In this document: positions 33,699-36,169 of the stretch, piece by piece
Position numbering within the stretch: the stretch's first letter is position 1
Layout of the letters: every line of letters starts with the position of its first letter
DNA from: Thermoplasmata archaeon
GTDB taxonomy: Archaea; Thermoplasmatota; Thermoplasmata; Thermoplasmatales; Thermoplasmataceae
NCBI GenBank assembly: GCA_021806355.1
Contig: JAJZXT010000050.1
Span: forward strand, 1 to 36,169
Reading direction: 5' to 3'
DNA: 36,169 nucleotides
Notes under the pieces: model-generated
What the model saw: only the letters and a program-made list of their open reading frames with translations
Database searches by the model: none
Told to the model about the DNA's origin: nothing
Made by a program: the position numbers and the translations under genes

Positions 33699-33982
33699 AA
33701 ACCATACAGATATCGGACTATCTGTACAGCCGTCTTGAAGAGGAAGCATCAAGAAGAATAGAGGAAGATTGGATGGAGGGTGCAACTCCTGACAAGGTGG
33801 CCTCTGAATCTATTGCATTTTTCTTTGGATATGACATAATGCCATCATTTTTTGATCTCGATTCAAGGATGGATGCTTTCAGGGATTGCACGCCTCTGGA
33901 CATTAACAAGGAACTTTATGAATCTCTTGCAAGGGTAGACAGAGAGAACAGGATGTTTGAAGAAATGGAAGGTGTAGCATGA
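33695..33982 (+). CDS. hypothetical acidic protein
   Basis: 95 aa, coupled on both sides by ATGA overlaps. Confidence 0.5.
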   Translation: MKTIQISDYLYSRLEEEASRRIEEDWMEGATPDKVASESIAFFFGYDIMPSFFDLDSRMDAFRDCTPLDINKELYESLARVDRENRMFEEMEGVA

Positions 33983-34055
33983 ATTTTGAGGAGTTTAAAT
34001 CGCTTGTGAGCAGGTTCTACAACCATGTTGTGTCGTATGTGAAGAGGTGCCAGAA

Positions 34056-34223
34056 ATGACAAGGAAGCTTTGCAGGAAACATCTGGAAGCATTCCAGGAT
34101 CTGAAGATAGGAATGGAAGTTGTGTGGATCACCGAGGACAGACCCATCTGTTCATACAGCGGATGCAAGATGCCAAGTGCATACGATGTGAAGATCCTCA
34201 CGGATGGAGTTGTGACAGCATGA
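34056..34223 (+). CDS. hypothetical small protein (frame differs from track ORF 34070..34318)
   Basis: 55 aa, MTRKLCRKHLEAFQDLKIGMEVVWITEDRPICSYSGCKMPSAYDVKILTDGVVTA, with ATGA overlaps at both ends. Confidence 0.35.
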   Translation: MTRKLCRKHLEAFQDLKIGMEVVWITEDRPICSYSGCKMPSAYDVKILTDGVVTA

Positions 34224-34318
34224 CGCCAACAACGGACTTTTTGAAGATCATGAAGAAGATGAGGAAGGAGAACGAACAGGCCAGACTGGACGAATACGAA
34301 AACAAAGAGGTGAAATAA
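34220..34318 (+). CDS. hypothetical mini-protein
   Basis: 32 aa, MTPTTDFLKIMKKMRKENEQARLDEYENKEVK. This is the only plausible part of track ORF 34070..34318. Confidence 0.3.
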   Translation: MTPTTDFLKIMKKMRKENEQARLDEYENKEVK

Positions 34319-34477
34319 ATGGATGAAGAGAGAATGGATAGATTTCTGAAAGAAATAAGAAAACAGAGAAAGAATGAGTTTTGCAAGAGAACCGGACACT
34401 ATTTCGAAGATTATGATGGCTGCAGGAATTGTGGGAAACCCCTCAACATAGCACTGAGATGGAGGAATGTTCAATGA
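34319..34477 (+). CDS. hypothetical small Cys/His protein
   Basis: 52 aa with FCKRTGHYFEDYDGCRNCGKP. It starts directly after the previous TAA and has an ATGA overlap downstream. Confidence 0.35.
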   Translation: MDEERMDRFLKEIRKQRKNEFCKRTGHYFEDYDGCRNCGKPLNIALRWRNVQ

Positions 34478-34704
34478 ATTGGTTTGACCAGGACGGAATG
34501 CTGATCCTTCCTCCGGGAACTATTGAAGAATTATCCCTGAACAGGAAGAATCTCATGAACAAGAGAATCAGGACAGGAGAGTATGTCACTTGCCCAAAAT
34601 GTGAATTCTCTTGGGAAAGGGGAAGCACCAAACCCGGAATAATCAGGTGCCACAAGTGCAGGACCAGGATAAGGGTTGAAAAAATTGAAAGGGGTGTAAT
34701 ATGA
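34474..34704 (+). CDS. zinc-ribbon protein (start moved from 34429 to 34474)
   Basis: CPKCEF...CHKCRT. The ATG at 34474 overlaps the previous stop. Confidence 0.5.
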   Translation: MNWFDQDGMLILPPGTIEELSLNRKNLMNKRIRTGEYVTCPKCEFSWERGSTKPGIIRCHKCRTRIRVEKIERGVI

Positions 34705-35117
34705 TCCAGGAGTTCTCCATTGATGAGGAGACTATGAAATATCTCGAGTTCCTCAATATGAAGTATAGGGAAGTGGTACATTTCCTTGGAGAGAAGGATG
34801 GTTCGCTTGACCTTGTAAAAGTCCAGTTGTTCTTTGAGAGAATTGTATCACATTTCGCACCTGATGTCACCAGTCTCAATGAAGTTAATATTGAAAAAAA
34901 GGTGGATGCCCGGGAAATGGCCCCAGACGAGAGGAAAAGCTTCCTTGATGCATTGGTCAGGAACAAAAAATACAGCCTCCAGAAGATGGGGGACGGGTAC
35001 ATCGTGAGGGCTAATCTGGCCGATGATAGGATGAAAGAACTCGTGGAGAAGATGGGACAGGCAGGATTCAAATACGAGACTGGAAAGGGATTTGTGGAGG
35101 TTGGAATAGATGAATAA
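34701..35117 (+). CDS. hypothetical protein
   Basis: 138 aa with an ATGA overlap upstream. It overlaps the integrase start by 8 nt. Confidence 0.55.
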   Translation: MIQEFSIDEETMKYLEFLNMKYREVVHFLGEKDGSLDLVKVQLFFERIVSHFAPDVTSLNEVNIEKKVDAREMAPDERKSFLDALVRNKKYSLQKMGDGYIVRANLADDRMKELVEKMGQAGFKYETGKGFVEVGIDE

Positions 35118-36081
35118 GGATCAGTTGGAAACATACATATCGGAGTTCCAGGAATGGGCCCTTTTCGAAGGGACATATTCCATGAGCACCATTAAGAGGG
35201 ATTCCAGAAAGATAAGAGAACTTTCAGGGAAATTTGATATCATGAACCCCACAATTGAGAATGTAAGGAATTATTTCCTGGACAAGCTCCATGAGGGAAA
35301 GATACAGAGATCCACATTGAATGTCACCAGGAAGGCCCTGATGAAGTGGTTCCGCTTCCTGAAGCAGAGGCATGGCTTTGCAGTTGAGATCAAGATCCCG
35401 AAGCAGCCTGAGAAAAGGAGGGCAATTTCATGGATACCAACCAACGAGGAGGTAAAGAGGATCATTCAGGCTGCTGACACACAATCCAACAGGGAAGTTG
35501 CAGCAAGGGATGGGGCAGTCATGAGGCTTCTGTTCTCCGGGGGCCTGAGGATAGGCGAGGTCGTGAAGCTGAATCTCCAGGACATGAGATCTTCCGGAAT
35601 ATTTGTGCATTCTGAAAAGGGAGGGGAAGATGGCGTCGTGGGCCTTTCTGATGACTGCATTACCAGCATCCAGAAATATCTCCTATACAGGAGAGGGACA
35701 GATCCTTCTGCACTCTTCACATCAGCAGCTGGAAGGGTATCGTATGAGTACCTGAGGCAGCACATATCCAATCTGGGCAAGCAGGTGGCCCCAAGCTGGC
35801 ACCCACATGCTGCAAGGCACTGGGTTGCTACCTTCCTGCTTGCAGGGGATCAGGAGAATGGAATCGAACCTCTGGATATACGTTATGTGCAAACCCAGCT
35901 ACGCCATGCGTCATTATCAAGCACTCAGATATACACCCATGTCAACAGGGATGACCTTGCAAACAGCGTGAATAAGAGGCTCAGCAAATTTTTTCGTGAG
36001 GAAAGAAATATGATAAAAATGATGAACCCGGATAAAATTGAGCGGGTCTGGAGGGGTTCGAACCCCCGGCCTATGGATTAA
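35110..36081 (+). CDS. int: tyrosine integrase (full length, XerC/D-like fold)
   Basis: Catalytic motifs are GGLRIGEVVKL (Arg I), HPHAARHWVAT (HxxR) and LRHASLSSTQIYTH (His, Tyr). An N-terminal core-binding region is present. The last 13 codons are encoded by tRNA-Lys sequence. Confidence 0.85.
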   Translation: MNKDQLETYISEFQEWALFEGTYSMSTIKRDSRKIRELSGKFDIMNPTIENVRNYFLDKLHEGKIQRSTLNVTRKALMKWFRFLKQRHGFAVEIKIPKQPEKRRAISWIPTNEEVKRIIQAADTQSNREVAARDGAVMRLLFSGGLRIGEVVKLNLQDMRSSGIFVHSEKGGEDGVVGLSDDCITSIQKYLLYRRGTDPSALFTSAAGRVSYEYLRQHISNLGKQVAPSWHPHAARHWVATFLLAGDQENGIEPLDIRYVQTQLRHASLSSTQIYTHVNRDDLANSVNKRLSKFFREERNMIKMMNPDKIERVWRGSNPRPMD

Positions 36082-36116
36082 GAGTCCATCGCTCTACCTG
36101 GCTAAGCTACAGACCC
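36043..36116 (-). tRNA. tRNA-Lys (anticodon CUU), CCA not encoded
   Basis: The hand-folded cloverleaf has acceptor GGGTCTG/CAGACCC, D stem GCTT/GAGC, anticodon stem ATGGA/TCCAT with loop CTCTTAA, T stem GGGGG/CCCTC and T loop TTCGAAC. Confidence 0.85.
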
Positions 36117-36141
36117 AGCAAAAGGGAAATGCCATCAACGG

Positions 36142-36147
36142 TTTAAA
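36142..36147 (-). promoter_or_regulatory. TATA box for tRNA-Lys
   Basis: TTTAAA lies on the minus strand 26-31 nt upstream of the tRNA 5' end. Confidence 0.4.
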
Positions 36148-36169
36148 TATTTTTATTTTGATCTCCCAG

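Larger units (their letters stand above)
1..36081. mobile_element. Integrated virus/plasmid-like element inserted at tRNA-Lys; right border is at the tRNA, left border is not identifiable in the window
   Basis: An intact tyrosine integrase lies at the right end with its 3' end overlapping the 3' half of the tRNA. Genes are co-directional and translationally coupled, most have no cellular function, and there are virus-like membrane/spike genes, an Hjc-like gene and an ArdC-like gene. No second copy of the tRNA 3' segment was spotted by eye. Confidence 0.6.

Noticed and set aside
34070-34219. First 50 codons of track ORF 34070..34318
   Set aside because: The translation (MQETSGSIPGSEDRNGSCVDHRGQTHLF...) is less protein-like than the alternative frame 34056..34223, which is start-stop coupled on both sides.
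1-36169. CRISPR arrays, rRNA genes, and additional tRNAs or att copies
   Set aside because: I saw no regularly spaced repeat-spacer structure, no rRNA-like sequence and no second copy of the tRNA-Lys 3' segment by eye. A computational scan (tRNAscan-SE, a CRISPR finder, a self-dot-plot) would be needed to exclude them fully.

Overview
The window looks like an archaeal integrated mobile element. Supporting features are an Hjc-type resolvase, a tRNA with no encoded CCA, archaeal-style TATA boxes, and long chains of ATGA/TAATG-coupled genes. The right end abuts a tRNA-Lys(CUU) gene at 36043..36116 (-). A full-length tyrosine integrase (35110..36081) reads 39 nt into the 3' half of that tRNA. No left att copy was seen in the window.

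There are two compositional classes. Backbone with visibly higher GC lies at about 1-2100, 3450-14100 and 33530-36100. It carries a virus/plasmid-like module: an Hjc-like resolvase, an ORF full of GGTTCACA repeats, a tightly coupled block of membrane and heavily sequon-rich surface proteins (including an 840-aa PKD-like protein), a PCNA-like protein, a P-loop ATPase with two zinc ribbons, and an ArdC-like anti-restriction protein.

A strongly AT-rich mosaic of about 19 kb (about 14.1-33.5 kb) is embedded in this backbone and behaves as a defence island. It holds:
- an AbiV-like gene next to a multi-TM protein
- a truncated second tyrosine recombinase translationally coupled to an Rx4H HEPN protein
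- a Type III R-M pair (mod-res)
- a fused Type IIG R-M enzyme with an AbrB-like partner
- a SWIM+DDE transposase
- a five-gene operon encoding a double wHTH, a UvrD helicase, a Cas4-like Fe-S nuclease, a 155-aa unknown protein and a TGT/DpdA-like transglycosylase

I consider that operon the best candidate for an undescribed DNA-modification/restriction system. No CRISPR array or rRNA was seen. All calls rest on motifs read by eye; no searches were run.
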